A stretch of 64,000 bases of DNA, taken from an uncultured Bacteroidota bacterium. Lineage in GTDB: Bacteria > Bacteroidota > Bacteroidia > Bacteroidales > GCA-2748055. Below the pieces are notes generated by a model. That model ran no database searches. It was not told the origin of the DNA and saw only the letters and a list, made by a program, of their open reading frames with translations. A program made the translations under genes and the position numbers. Numbering within the stretch: the stretch's first letter is position 1; each line of letters begins with the position of its first letter. The stretch lies in NCBI GenBank assembly GCA_963793455.1, contig CAWCAK010000002.1, positions 245,308 through 309,307 on the forward strand. The letters are read 5' to 3'. Shown here piece by piece: positions 28,852 to 38,737 of the stretch.

Positions 28852-31800
28852 GACTGCCCAGGTATGCCATTGACAACAGCTCTTTTGTCTGGATGGCCGT
28901 CATTTTCATGACCATCATTGGGATACGTGCGTTCATGACCATGCCCAGGACAGAGAATCCGGAGGTGACCGTACCGGGCTCTTCCATCATTGTCCTGATG
29001 CCAGGTGCAAGCTCCATGGACCTGGAAAAAATGGTGGCGCTGCCTGTGGAAGAGGCCCTCAACGAACTGGAAGATATTCACATGATCTCATCAGAGGTCA
29101 GGGACGGGCTGGCAGTGGTGGCCGTCGAGTTTGAATACAACACTGATGCGGATGAGAAGTATGACGAGGTTGTGCAGAAGGTGAACAGCATCCGCAATTC
29201 ATTGCCTGAAGAGATCCATCAGCTGGATATGTGGCAGTGGTCCATTACCGATATGAACATGATGCAGCTGGCACTTATTTCACCCACTGCATCCTACGCC
29301 GCCATGGAAGAGACTGCGGAAGTGCTTCGTGAACGGATTGAGAAGATCAGGAGTGTCAGGAAGGTCACCTACTACGGTCTTCCTGACCAGGAGATCTATA
29401 TTCACCTGGATTTTGAAAAAATGGCCATGGCCAGTACCTCCATGGACCATATTATAAGGGCCATTGAGTCCAACAATGTGAACATCCCCGGAGGCGAGAT
29501 CAAGCTTGGACCCACCAGCCTGAGCGTGAAGTCTTCCGGATCATTTCAGGACCTTGATGAGATCCGCAACTGTGTGGTGAACTCAAACAGCGGCAGGCTC
29601 ATTTACCTGAGGGACCTGGCGCGGGTGGAATATGGGTATGAAAAGCAGAACCACCTTACCCGTTACGGGTCCGGGAAAATGGCCGGTGACCGGGTCAGCG
29701 CCCTGGATGGCGCCCGGAGGGCAATTTTCATCGGGATCAGCCAGAAGGAGGGCCTCAATGTGCTGGCCACCGCAGAGGAAGTGACACCGGTTGTAGAGGC
29801 ATTCAAAGATGAATTGCCTGCAGATATGGAACTGGAGGTCGTGTTTAACCAGCCTACAACCGTACGCAACCGGATCAACGGATTTGTCAACAACCTGTTG
29901 CAGGGCATGCTGCTGGTATTCCTGGTGATCTTCATCTCCCTCGGTTTCAGGTCCTCCCTGCTGGTGGCCATAGCCATACCGCTATCCCTCTCCATCGGCC
30001 TCGGATTCCTGGATTTTGCAGGTTTCGGGTTACAACAGATCTCCATCGCCGGACTGGTTGTGGTGCTGGGGATGCTGGTGGATAACTCCATCGTTATGGT
30101 GGAGAACATAAACCGGTTCATCCAGCAGGGACATAACAGGCGGGATGCTTCCATCAAGGCGGCCTCGGAAATCGGGTGGCCGGTGATCTCAGCCACGCTG
30201 ACCACCATACTGGCCTTTGTTCCCATTGCTGCCATGCCTGACCAGGCCGGTGAGTTCATCAAGTCGCTCCCGGTAACGATCATGATCACCCTGACCGTAT
30301 CACTGGTTATCGCACTTACCTTCACACCGGTGATTACCAGTAGCATGTTCAGGGAAAGGGGAGAAGTCCCCTCCAGGGCCAGGGGGGTAGGACGGCTGTT
30401 GAAATGGATCATCGAGAAGCCCTTTCGTGCTACCCTGAACCTGGCGCTCAAAAGGCCGTTGGTCACGTTGCTTCTGGCATTGATCTACCTGGCCGTATCC
30501 TCCTGGATGTTCCGGAGTGTGGGGATCAGCTTTTTCCCGAAAGCGCAACAGCCCAACCTGATGATCCAGGCTACAATGCCTGAAGGAACAAACCTTGACA
30601 GGACCGACCAGGTGGCAAGGTACATGGAATCGGTGCTGGACACCATGCCCGAAGTGAGGTATTATGCTACCAACGTGGGGCATGGAAATCCCCGCATATA
30701 CTACAACGTTTTCCCAAGGCGGTACGACAGCAGGTTTGCTGAGATCTATGTGGAGCTGGACAGTTATGATCCGGAGTTATTTCCGGGGATCCTGGACCGG
30801 TTAAGGTCTGAGTTTGACACCGATCCAGGTGTGCGGATCAGGGTAAAGGAGTTTGAACAGGGACCGCCTTTCGAAGCTCCGGTTCAGATCTACCTGAACG
30901 GGGAGGATCTGGAAGTGCTGCGCCAGATCTCCGGAGAAGTGGAAGGGATTATCCGGGAGCAACCCGGGGCGTTTAACATCGAGAATCAGTTTGTAAAAAC
31001 AAACACTGAACTGCATTTCGAGATCAACAAGGAGAAAGCAAACATGCTGGGTGTGCCGGTGATTGAGATCGACCGGACCATCCGTACAGCAGTTACCGGG
31101 ATCGGGATTTCCAAATTCCGGGATAAATCAGGGGAAGAGTACAACATTGTAATGAAGATGGACCATGGGGGTGAGTTCTCCGTGGAGGACCTGGATGAGA
31201 TCTATGTCTCCTCTCTCTCAGGTAAACAGATCCAGATGAAGCATTTTGTGGACTTGTCCCTCAGACAGGTCCCCAGTTCAATCAGCAGGTTTGATATGGA
31301 ACGTACGGCAGAGATCCTTGCAGATGTCCGGGCAGGTTTTACCCTTGATGAGGTGATGGACCCAATCATGGAAAAACTGGAACAGTACCCCATGCCGACA
31401 GGGTACAGGTATCATATCGGGGGCGAACTGGAGAGCCGGTCTGATTCATTTGAAGGCATGACCAATGCGATCCTGATCGCCATTGTTTCGATCTTCTCCG
31501 TGCTGGTGTTACAATTCAGGTCATTCAAGCAGCCCATTATTGTCTTCCTGGCCATCCCTTTCGCTTTTACAGGAATGATCTGGGCGTTGCTGATCACCGG
31601 GAATACCTTCTCCTTCCTGGCATTTGTGGGATTGACCAGCCTGGTGGGGATCGTGGTCAACAATTCCATCATCCTGGTGGATTATATCAATGTGCTCAGG
31701 AAGCGGGGTGAGCCTTTTGAGAAGGCCTTGAAAGTGGCTGCCGAAACCCGCCTGACACCCATTGTGCTGACGGCATTGACTACGATTGGTGGATTACTTC

Positions 31801-31964
31801 CATTAACGGTAAGGGGGGGATCCATGTGGGCGCCCATGGGTTGGACCATTATCGGGGGACTGACGGTCTCCACCCTGCTGATCCTGATCATTGTTCCGGT
31901 CACCTACAAGCTCCTTGAACGTAGAAAAGCTAATCAGGCAGGTTCCAGTGGAGCTCAGACTTGA
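28848..31964 (+). CDS. efflux RND transporter permease (AcrB/AcrD/AcrF family)
   Basis: Uninterrupted 1038-aa ORF with a 12-TM AcrB-like layout. Its start overlaps the adaptor gene stop. Confidence 0.93.
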   Translation: MRLPRYAIDNSSFVWMAVIFMTIIGIRAFMTMPRTENPEVTVPGSSIIVLMPGASSMDLEKMVALPVEEALNELEDIHMISSEVRDGLAVVAVEFEYNTDADEKYDEVVQKVNSIRNSLPEEIHQLDMWQWSITDMNMMQLALISPTASYAAMEETAEVLRERIEKIRSVRKVTYYGLPDQEIYIHLDFEKMAMASTSMDHIIRAIESNNVNIPGGEIKLGPTSLSVKSSGSFQDLDEIRNCVVNSNSGRLIYLRDLARVEYGYEKQNHLTRYGSGKMAGDRVSALDGARRAIFIGISQKEGLNVLATAEEVTPVVEAFKDELPADMELEVVFNQPTTVRNRINGFVNNLLQGMLLVFLVIFISLGFRSSLLVAIAIPLSLSIGLGFLDFAGFGLQQISIAGLVVVLGMLVDNSIVMVENINRFIQQGHNRRDASIKAASEIGWPVISATLTTILAFVPIAAMPDQAGEFIKSLPVTIMITLTVSLVIALTFTPVITSSMFRERGEVPSRARGVGRLLKWIIEKPFRATLNLALKRPLVTLLLALIYLAVSSWMFRSVGISFFPKAQQPNLMIQATMPEGTNLDRTDQVARYMESVLDTMPEVRYYATNVGHGNPRIYYNVFPRRYDSRFAEIYVELDSYDPELFPGILDRLRSEFDTDPGVRIRVKEFEQGPPFEAPVQIYLNGEDLEVLRQISGEVEGIIREQPGAFNIENQFVKTNTELHFEINKEKANMLGVPVIEIDRTIRTAVTGIGISKFRDKSGEEYNIVMKMDHGGEFSVEDLDEIYVSSLSGKQIQMKHFVDLSLRQVPSSISRFDMERTAEILADVRAGFTLDEVMDPIMEKLEQYPMPTGYRYHIGGELESRSDSFEGMTNAILIAIVSIFSVLVLQFRSFKQPIIVFLAIPFAFTGMIWALLITGNTFSFLAFVGLTSLVGIVVNNSIILVDYINVLRKRGEPFEKALKVAAETRLTPIVLTALTTIGGLLPLTVRGGSMWAPMGWTIIGGLTVSTLLILIIVPVTYKLLERRKANQAGSSGAQT

Positions 31965-32919
31965 GCATGAAGTGATCGTCGGTACGCTGCCTGAGCATCC
32001 CGCGGGTAACACCCTCTCCTTCAATGCCCTCCCATTTGCCTGTTCCACCGATGAACCGGTAAATGCCGGGGCCCCTGTTGTACCACCAGATATGGTAAAG
32101 CCATGCCACATCGCCATCAGCATCGGTATCCTCCAGCAGCATGATGTCGCCCTGGGTTTTTCCATGCTGCTTCACGGTGGTGCCCCGGTCGAAACAGGTG
32201 GCCCCGTTCCGCGGACTGACTGTTTCCGTGCCCAGCATGCTCAAAAGTACACCTGACTGGCTGCTGAATTCCAGGGAGATCCCGTTGTCCAGCTCACGGG
32301 ATCGCAGGAACACATGCGGACCATGAAAGCTCAGGCAGTGGTCGGTGAAGGCATACTGTTCCTTCCCCTTGATGGAATCTGAAAACGGGGCATTTACAGG
32401 ATCGATCTGCCAGTTGATGGAGTAACCTGGCACCTGGTGGCTGTCGGCACGTGTTGCCAGGGGCTTCAGGGTGTGCCCTGAACCACCGATCCCTGCCCAT
32501 TTCCCGATACCCTGTATCAATTCAAAGGAGCCGGAACCGTTTCCGGCCTCCGGATACCAGAGCACGCTCCATGTCATATCCCCGTGGGCATCCGTTGTCT
32601 CACAGATCACCACCTCCCTGAGGATGGTCCCCTCCATGTCCAGGATCAGCGAACCATGCGCAAAACAGGTGGCATTGTACCAGGGGCTCGAAGGATTGTC
32701 GGTAATGATCACCCCATCCCTTGTAAAAGCCTGGATGACAAGGTCCTTTCCGATCTTTTTGGATTTGATCTCCTGCCTTGGCCCGAGGAAGAGGGTTCCT
32801 TCATCTGAACCGGATCTATCTGTTGCGGTATTCTCCTGGGCCTGGGTTCCTGCAGCTGCAATGAGCAGGAGCAACAGGGAGGCCATGGCACGTGTAAGTT
32901 GAAACGGAAATATGTTCAT
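31930..32919 (-). CDS. secreted hypothetical protein with internal two-fold domain duplication
   Basis: Signal peptide (MASLLLLLIAAAGTQAQ). The two halves share ATCF..G...TD.(H/D)GD..W...WY...G...(I/F).G.GKW.GI.G.G. Confidence 0.6.
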   Translation of the reverse strand: MNIFPFQLTRAMASLLLLLIAAAGTQAQENTATDRSGSDEGTLFLGPRQEIKSKKIGKDLVIQAFTRDGVIITDNPSSPWYNATCFAHGSLILDMEGTILREVVICETTDAHGDMTWSVLWYPEAGNGSGSFELIQGIGKWAGIGGSGHTLKPLATRADSHQVPGYSINWQIDPVNAPFSDSIKGKEQYAFTDHCLSFHGPHVFLRSRELDNGISLEFSSQSGVLLSMLGTETVSPRNGATCFDRGTTVKQHGKTQGDIMLLEDTDADGDVAWLYHIWWYNRGPGIYRFIGGTGKWEGIEGEGVTRGMLRQRTDDHFMLKSELHWNLPD

Positions 32920-32933
32920 GGGCGTTTAAGAAT

Positions 32934-33045
32934 GGATCAATGTGTATCGAGGATCAATGTGTATCGAGGACAATATCGAGGATTGTGTATCTGAGGATCA
33001 ATGTGTATCGAGGATCAATGTGTATTGTGGCTCAAAATGTCTTAT
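32934..33045. repeat. tandem array, 17-bp unit ggatcaatgtgtatcga x about 7 (some units shortened or degenerate)
   Basis: Read directly. It lies between the corrected stop of the ADP-ribosylglycohydrolase gene (33072) and the start codon of the 329-aa gene (32919). Confidence 0.85.
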
Positions 33046-34827
33046 GGATTCATATGCCCTATAAGGCCATGTTATTCGGCCTTGTATTTCAATCCCTCCA
33101 GGGGCCTGTGGTCCGGATCGGTGATCACCAGGGATGCTTCCCATCCGCCAACGCTCTGGGTAATTTTCATCAGGATGGTGTTGGGGCCCTCCATTCAGGT
33201 TCGCTTCAACCACATCTTCCCCCTGGTTGTGGCCCCGGTCCACCTTGTTCTGGTGAACGAGTCCGCCGTTGACCCATACTTTCACACCATCATCAGATCC
33301 AATCTCCAGGAAGACAGGCTGTTTCTTCTCGCTCAGGACCGTTGTCTTCATATAAGCAACACGCTGTTCTCCCTCAAACAGTTTTCCCAGGTTCACAAAC
33401 TTGCTGTCAAATCCCCCTTTTCCCATGGGCATCTCTTTCCACACAGTACCCTCAGGATCTTTCTCCGGGCCGAACGCCACATCGAACAGGTCCATCCCTG
33501 ATGCTCCCTCCTTTGAATAGGGGCCCGTCACCTGCCACACAGTCACGAACTCTTCCGGTTTGCGGACCTTCATGGTGATCTGATCCAACTCTTCGGGGGT
33601 GAAATGCACATCTCCCGTGATCTCCCCGGGTTCCCAGCACTGTTCCAGGGGAGCAACCACAGGCTCCCGGACCGGTATTACAAAAACCTCCGCGCCATCC
33701 GCATTCTTTTCAATACTTCCCCCGGCCCTCAGCACCGCTTGCCTTGACAATTCCTCACACACGGCGATCAGTGAAGGAAAATCATAGGCTGTATAGGAAA
33801 ATTTGGTGGTGTTATCAATGTTTGTCCTGTACTTCTCAGGCAGGTTTTCCATCCCCAGGGATGTGGCCAGGATCCCCCCCGCGTTGGAAGGATTGCAATC
33901 GGAATCCTGTCCGCACCTCATGGAAATCCTGATGGTCTTGTCCATATCCCCTTCCCCATAGAGAAGGCCCATGACAATGTAGGCTCCATTGATTTTGGCG
34001 TCGATGTTGAATTCGGACGATGTTCCGCTGCAACTGAATCTCCGGTAGTCATGGTCCAGGTTGTACTTGTTCTCAATGAGCTGCCAGGTCTTCTGCCAGC
34101 CATCCGGGTTTTCACTGTGCCACTTCATCACATCCCTGACCGCTTCAGCATACTGGCTTCCGGCAGGAATACAGGCAAGACCGGCCTCAATGATCCTGGT
34201 CATGTCTGTCTCAAAGAATGCCTCGGCATACATGGCCCCCACGAACTGGCCACCATAGAGCCCGTCCCCGTAATTCATCAACCGTCCGAATTTTTCACCC
34301 AGGTCGATCACCGTCTGGGGCATGCCAGGGGCAATCAGCCCGGAATAATCGGCTTCAATCTGGTAGTCTATATCATCCGCATGGGAATTGTATGCCGGGT
34401 GTCCCGAGTAGGGGGGTGCAATACCCGACCTCAGGTTCTCCCGGCCATACAGGTTGGCATGCCATAGCATATACCGGCTGTTGGCAAAATCGATCCCAGC
34501 CTGGCGGATGGAAACATCAAACCCATGGTCTTCCAGGGTTTTCAGGAAGGTCATCTCCACGTAAATGTCATCCTGGTACTGCTGGTTGATCATGCCAGGA
34601 TCCCACGCAGGCACATCCTCCTCGGGGATGATCACAGCGTTGAATTTGAATTCTGTCGGGGCTCCCCAGCCGACACCGGCCATCTGCCCGAGCCATCCGG
34701 CCTTCATCTTACTCTGGTACTCCGCCAGGGTAATCTTCCTGACATCTGTTGTTGAGGTGCAGCTGGCCAGGCAAAGGACCAGAAGCATGGCCGCTGCGCA
34801 CTGAATTCCGTGAATTGTTTTCATCAT
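32998..34827 (-). CDS. exported ADP-ribosylglycohydrolase-family protein with C-terminal lectin/jelly-roll-like domain (3' end frameshifted; corrected stop at 33072)
   Basis: Lipoprotein signal (LCLASC). ADP-ribosylglycohydrolase motifs DDIYVEMTFL, GDGLYGGQF and CGQDSDCNPSNAGGIL. After a 1-nt frame change near 33183-33195 the sequence continues EGPNTILMKITQSVGGWEASLVITDPDHRPLEGLKYKAE, then a stop. Confidence 0.8.
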   Translation of the reverse strand: MMKTIHGIQCAAAMLLVLCLASCTSTTDVRKITLAEYQSKMKAGWLGQMAGVGWGAPTEFKFNAVIIPEEDVPAWDPGMINQQYQDDIYVEMTFLKTLEDHGFDVSIRQAGIDFANSRYMLWHANLYGRENLRSGIAPPYSGHPAYNSHADDIDYQIEADYSGLIAPGMPQTVIDLGEKFGRLMNYGDGLYGGQFVGAMYAEAFFETDMTRIIEAGLACIPAGSQYAEAVRDVMKWHSENPDGWQKTWQLIENKYNLDHDYRRFSCSGTSSEFNIDAKINGAYIVMGLLYGEGDMDKTIRISMRCGQDSDCNPSNAGGILATSLGMENLPEKYRTNIDNTTKFSYTAYDFPSLIAVCEELSRQAVLRAGGSIEKNADGAEVFVIPVREPVVAPLEQCWEPGEITGDVHFTPEELDQITMKVRKPEEFVTVWQVTGPYSKEGASGMDLFDVAFGPEKDPEGTVWKEMPMGKGGFDSKFVNLGKLFEGEQRVAYMKTTVLSEKKQPVFLEIGSDDGVKVWVNGGLVHQNKVDRGHNQGEDVVEANLNGGPQHHPDENYPERWRMGSIPGDHRSGPQAPGGIEIQGRITWPYRAYESIRHFEPQYTLILDTH

Positions 34828-34956
34828 TGTTGTTTATTTGGGTGATGCCAATGGCTAAATTTAAAGGATTTATTCTGACCAACGGGACTTGACCTCTCAT
34901 TTTTCGGGCAGTAGCATATTGAATCTTTCATAAGATCGTGGTAACTTGATGCCATT

Positions 34957-35715
34957 ATGAAACCTATATTCAAGAATTTGCCAACCAGGATGATTGCCGC
35001 CGGTGCAGTGATCCTCTTATTACACAATCCCATGAGTGCTCAATTTCAGAGTGATGTGGTGAAACTCCCGATGGGGGACCTGGAGATGTTCTTTATCGGG
35101 CATGGAACCCTGATGTTCAAATTCAACGGGCAGGTGATCCACATTGATCCGGTTATGCGGGAGGCGGATTACAAGGAGCTGCCCGATGCAGACATCATCC
35201 TGGTGACCCACCAGCATGGCGACCACCTGGACATGACGGCCATCGACCATATCATGAAGGAGGGGACCCAGGTGGTGATGACCGAAACCTGCATGGAGCA
35301 GCTGGAGGATTTCGACGCCATTGTGATGAAAAATGGGGACCAGGAGGATATCCGGGGTATTGCCATTGAGGCCTATCCGGCCTATAACGTCAAGCATGTG
35401 CGTTCCAATGGAAAGCCCTACCATCCCAGGGGGGAAGGCAATGCCTATGTGCTGACCTTCGGGAGTACCCGGGTGCTCATCGGCGGCGATACCGAGAATG
35501 TCCCGGAACTGAAGGCCCTGAAGAAGATCAAGGTGGCTTTTCTTCCCATGAACCTTCCCTACACCATGACCCCTGAAATGGTGGCCGACCTGGCCCTGTC
35601 CATCCGGCCGCAGATCCTCTACCCTTATCACTACGGGCAAACTGACCCGCAGGAACTGGTGGAACTGTTGAAGGATGAGAAGGATATTGAAGTCAGGATC
35701 CGGGATCTGAGGTAG
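34957..35715 (+). CDS. MBL-fold metallo-hydrolase with signal peptide
   Basis: HQHGDHLD (HxHxDH) motif; 252 aa. Confidence 0.8.
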   Translation: MKPIFKNLPTRMIAAGAVILLLHNPMSAQFQSDVVKLPMGDLEMFFIGHGTLMFKFNGQVIHIDPVMREADYKELPDADIILVTHQHGDHLDMTAIDHIMKEGTQVVMTETCMEQLEDFDAIVMKNGDQEDIRGIAIEAYPAYNVKHVRSNGKPYHPRGEGNAYVLTFGSTRVLIGGDTENVPELKALKKIKVAFLPMNLPYTMTPEMVADLALSIRPQILYPYHYGQTDPQELVELLKDEKDIEVRIRDLR

Positions 35716-35863
35716 TTTATCAAAGTACTGGGTAGTTTCATCAACGTCAAGGAGGATTCCGTCTGCGAAAGTCCGTATTGAATGAACTGTGGATAAATGG
35801 TTTATGAATCAACGGGGTTATGGTATATATTTATCCTGACTGTTGAACATAAACATATTGCAT

Positions 35864-38068
35864 ATGAGATCCAGATGGTTCGTCCTGTTGATTTTCCTGG
35901 GAATGTCCCTGGTTGCTTCAGGGCAATACACCAAGGAGTTCAAGCGGATATTCTTCGACGCAAGTTACATGTACCAGACCGCCTTTTATGAAGAGGCCTT
36001 CAACCGGTACAAGAACCTGCTCACCCTCGACCCGGGCAACTCTAACATCCTCTTTCATTGCGGGGCGTGCTGCCTGAACATCCCGGGAAACGAGCAGCAG
36101 GCTGTCACCTACCTGAAGGAGGCTGCCCAAGGGGTGACCCAGGCGTATAAGGAGAATTCCCACAAAGAGCCGGGGGCACCGGTGCTCACCTATTTCAAGC
36201 TTGGAAGGGCATACCACCTGAACAACGATTTTGACAGGGCCATTGAGAATTATCTGATGTACCAGGATGCCGGTGTGGACGAGGATCCCCTCCAGCTGGA
36301 ATTTGCCCGGCTTCAGATCGAGGCATGCAAACGGGCGGACAAAGTGGTTGATAAGTCGCCCTCCTTTGAGTTCCAGAGCGTGCTGGACCAATTTGATGAC
36401 GACCTGCCTTCCTGCAGCAACCCTGTGATCTCAGGCGACGGAAATATCCTGATCTTCCTGGTGGATTATCCGAATGATAGAAAGATCATGATGACCACCC
36501 GTACCGGCAAGGTGTGGTCAAGGCCCAGGGTGATCAACAGCGAGATCGGGATGGTGGGTGAGACCTACCCGGTATGCCTCTCCTATGATGGGAAAAACCT
36601 CTACCTGATGCACCAGTTCTATTCGCATTCAGATATATTTGTCTCCGAATTTCAAAACGGGCGCTGGTCGGCAGCCGAGCCCCTGGGACACAATGTGAAC
36701 GGAAGGACCTCCGAGACCCATGCCAGCATTTCCAGGGATGGGAACAGGCTCTATTTTACCAGTGATGCCAGGGGCAGCCTGGGCAGTTTTGATATTTTCG
36801 TCTCCACACGGGATGCAAAAGGTGAGTGGGGCGTTCCCTCCAACCTGGGACCAATGATCAATACACCCTATGAGGAGCATACCCCCTTCATTTCAAGCAA
36901 CGACTCTATCCTGTTCTTCAGCTCGCAGGGGCATAGCACCATCGGGGGGATCGATGTGTTCTATTCCGAACTGGGGCCTGACGGGACCTGGGGAGAGCCG
37001 GTGAACCTGGGATACCCTGTCAATACCACGGGAGATAATATATTCTTTAACCCGGGCTGGGACGAACTGGACGGGTATTATGCCGTCAGGCGGGAAGACG
37101 ATCCCACCTCCAATACCATCAACATTGCCATCGAACTGGAACCGGTTGAAGTGGTGGCGGAGACAGCCCGGCCGGAGGAAAGTCCACAATCCGTACAGAC
37201 CACCGAACCAGCCCAGACCGGGACCACATACCAGACCAGTACCCCTGCTACTGTGACAATACCTGCAGAGCAGCAACAGGTGGCTACGGTGGATGAGGCC
37301 ATTGAACCTGAGGAGACCGATGAGATCCATGAAGTGCTGAACAAGGTTCCTGAAGAGGAGGCGGTGTCCGCCCCCGTTGCTGTCACCGCGGGTGCTACCC
37401 GTTTGCAGACCAGTGTTCCCTTTGATCACAATGGTTACGAACTGAGCATGGCAGCCATGCTGGAAGTGGAGAAGATCGCCGACGTGATGCAATCCCACCC
37501 GGAAACCAGTGTCCGGCTCACCGGACATGCAGATGCTACAGGGTCTTCCGATTACAACCTGCTGCTTTCACACCAGCGGGCCGACAGGGTTGCCCGTTAC
37601 CTGGAGAAGCGCGGGATCGATCCAGGCAGGGTGACACTGGAAGGAAAGGGGGAGGCGGCACCAGTGGCTGTGAACCGGTTTCCGGACGGCACCGATGCAC
37701 CACTCGGTAGGTACCTGAACCGCCAGGTGACCGTCCTGATCCTCAGCCCTGAACCCATCCAGGCAGAACTTGCCGGATTCTATGTTCCCGCCAGCCTGAA
37801 GCCAGCCCCGGGCAGTGAGCGGCCGGAACCAACCGATTACAGTTTCACCATCCAGGTGCTTGCCAGTTTAAGCCCGGTGGACCTTTCCTACTTCAACAGA
37901 CTTCCGGATGTGAGGGAGTATGCTTGCAAAGACAGCCATTACAGGTATGCAGCCGGTTCCTACAGGACCTATACAGAGGCGATGAAGGCCCTTGAACGGC
38001 TCCATAAATCCGGGTATCCCGATGCCTTCGTTCAGACCCTCAACTTTTACAGGAAGGCCACAGAATAG
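35864..38068 (+). CDS. OmpA-family protein with TPR, WD40-like (PD40) repeats, OmpA_C domain and C-terminal SPOR-like domain
   Basis: Probable start at MRSRWFVLLIFLGMSLVASGQ (35864). The OmpA_C motif is TGHADATGSSDYNLLLSHQRADRV. PD40-like repeats are present (DGNRLYFTSD, NDSILFFSS). Confidence 0.8.
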   Translation: MRSRWFVLLIFLGMSLVASGQYTKEFKRIFFDASYMYQTAFYEEAFNRYKNLLTLDPGNSNILFHCGACCLNIPGNEQQAVTYLKEAAQGVTQAYKENSHKEPGAPVLTYFKLGRAYHLNNDFDRAIENYLMYQDAGVDEDPLQLEFARLQIEACKRADKVVDKSPSFEFQSVLDQFDDDLPSCSNPVISGDGNILIFLVDYPNDRKIMMTTRTGKVWSRPRVINSEIGMVGETYPVCLSYDGKNLYLMHQFYSHSDIFVSEFQNGRWSAAEPLGHNVNGRTSETHASISRDGNRLYFTSDARGSLGSFDIFVSTRDAKGEWGVPSNLGPMINTPYEEHTPFISSNDSILFFSSQGHSTIGGIDVFYSELGPDGTWGEPVNLGYPVNTTGDNIFFNPGWDELDGYYAVRREDDPTSNTINIAIELEPVEVVAETARPEESPQSVQTTEPAQTGTTYQTSTPATVTIPAEQQQVATVDEAIEPEETDEIHEVLNKVPEEEAVSAPVAVTAGATRLQTSVPFDHNGYELSMAAMLEVEKIADVMQSHPETSVRLTGHADATGSSDYNLLLSHQRADRVARYLEKRGIDPGRVTLEGKGEAAPVAVNRFPDGTDAPLGRYLNRQVTVLILSPEPIQAELAGFYVPASLKPAPGSERPEPTDYSFTIQVLASLSPVDLSYFNRLPDVREYACKDSHYRYAAGSYRTYTEAMKALERLHKSGYPDAFVQTLNFYRKATE

Positions 38069-38191
38069 GAGCAGATTCCTCCCATGCTATATTGTGAAGT
38101 TTTAAGCCCTGATTCATCCTGCCGGTTTTCCGGACGCAACCATTGCACCGGTTCTTTCATCCTGAGGTAAACTCTTTTCCCCGTTGCTATC

Positions 38192-38716
38192 ATGAGAAAT
38201 GTTGTCCTTTCAGGAATCCTGGTCTTTCACATGATACTTCTGCTATACTCCTGTGACAAACAGGGGAATGATGCAACCGGGATTGTGGAATTCTTTCTGC
38301 TGGAAGCCTATGAGACGGTGGGGGAGGGCTGTGAGATTGAACAGGGGTCAGCGAAGCTTGAGACAGCCCCTTTGATCAGGTATGCAGATCTCCTTCAATA
38401 CGATGCAGGGGAAACCACCTTTACCATTTCTCCGGATGCAAAAGAGACCATCGATTCGATGGAACACTCCGTTTTTGGTGTTCCCTTTGGAGTAACTGCC
38501 GGAGGTGAATTGATCTACACAGGTTACTTCTGGCCTGCCTATTCCTCCCTGGGTTGCCAGTGGATCATCATCGATCCCCTCTTCTTCCGGGGTGAAAACA
38601 AGCTGGTGGTGGAGCTCGGATATCCCGGACAGATCGATGGAGTGGCGATCCCTGACCACCGCAACGATCCCCGGATTCTGGAGATCTTCCGCAGGGACGG
38701 AAAGCTGGTGGAATAG
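38192..38716 (+). CDS. hypothetical lipoprotein
   Basis: 174-aa ORF with a lipobox (LLLYSC). No recognisable domain. Confidence 0.55.
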   Translation: MRNVVLSGILVFHMILLLYSCDKQGNDATGIVEFFLLEAYETVGEGCEIEQGSAKLETAPLIRYADLLQYDAGETTFTISPDAKETIDSMEHSVFGVPFGVTAGGELIYTGYFWPAYSSLGCQWIIIDPLFFRGENKLVVELGYPGQIDGVAIPDHRNDPRILEIFRRDGKLVE

Positions 38717-38737
38717 GTCCCCCTGTTAGCGGGTGGA

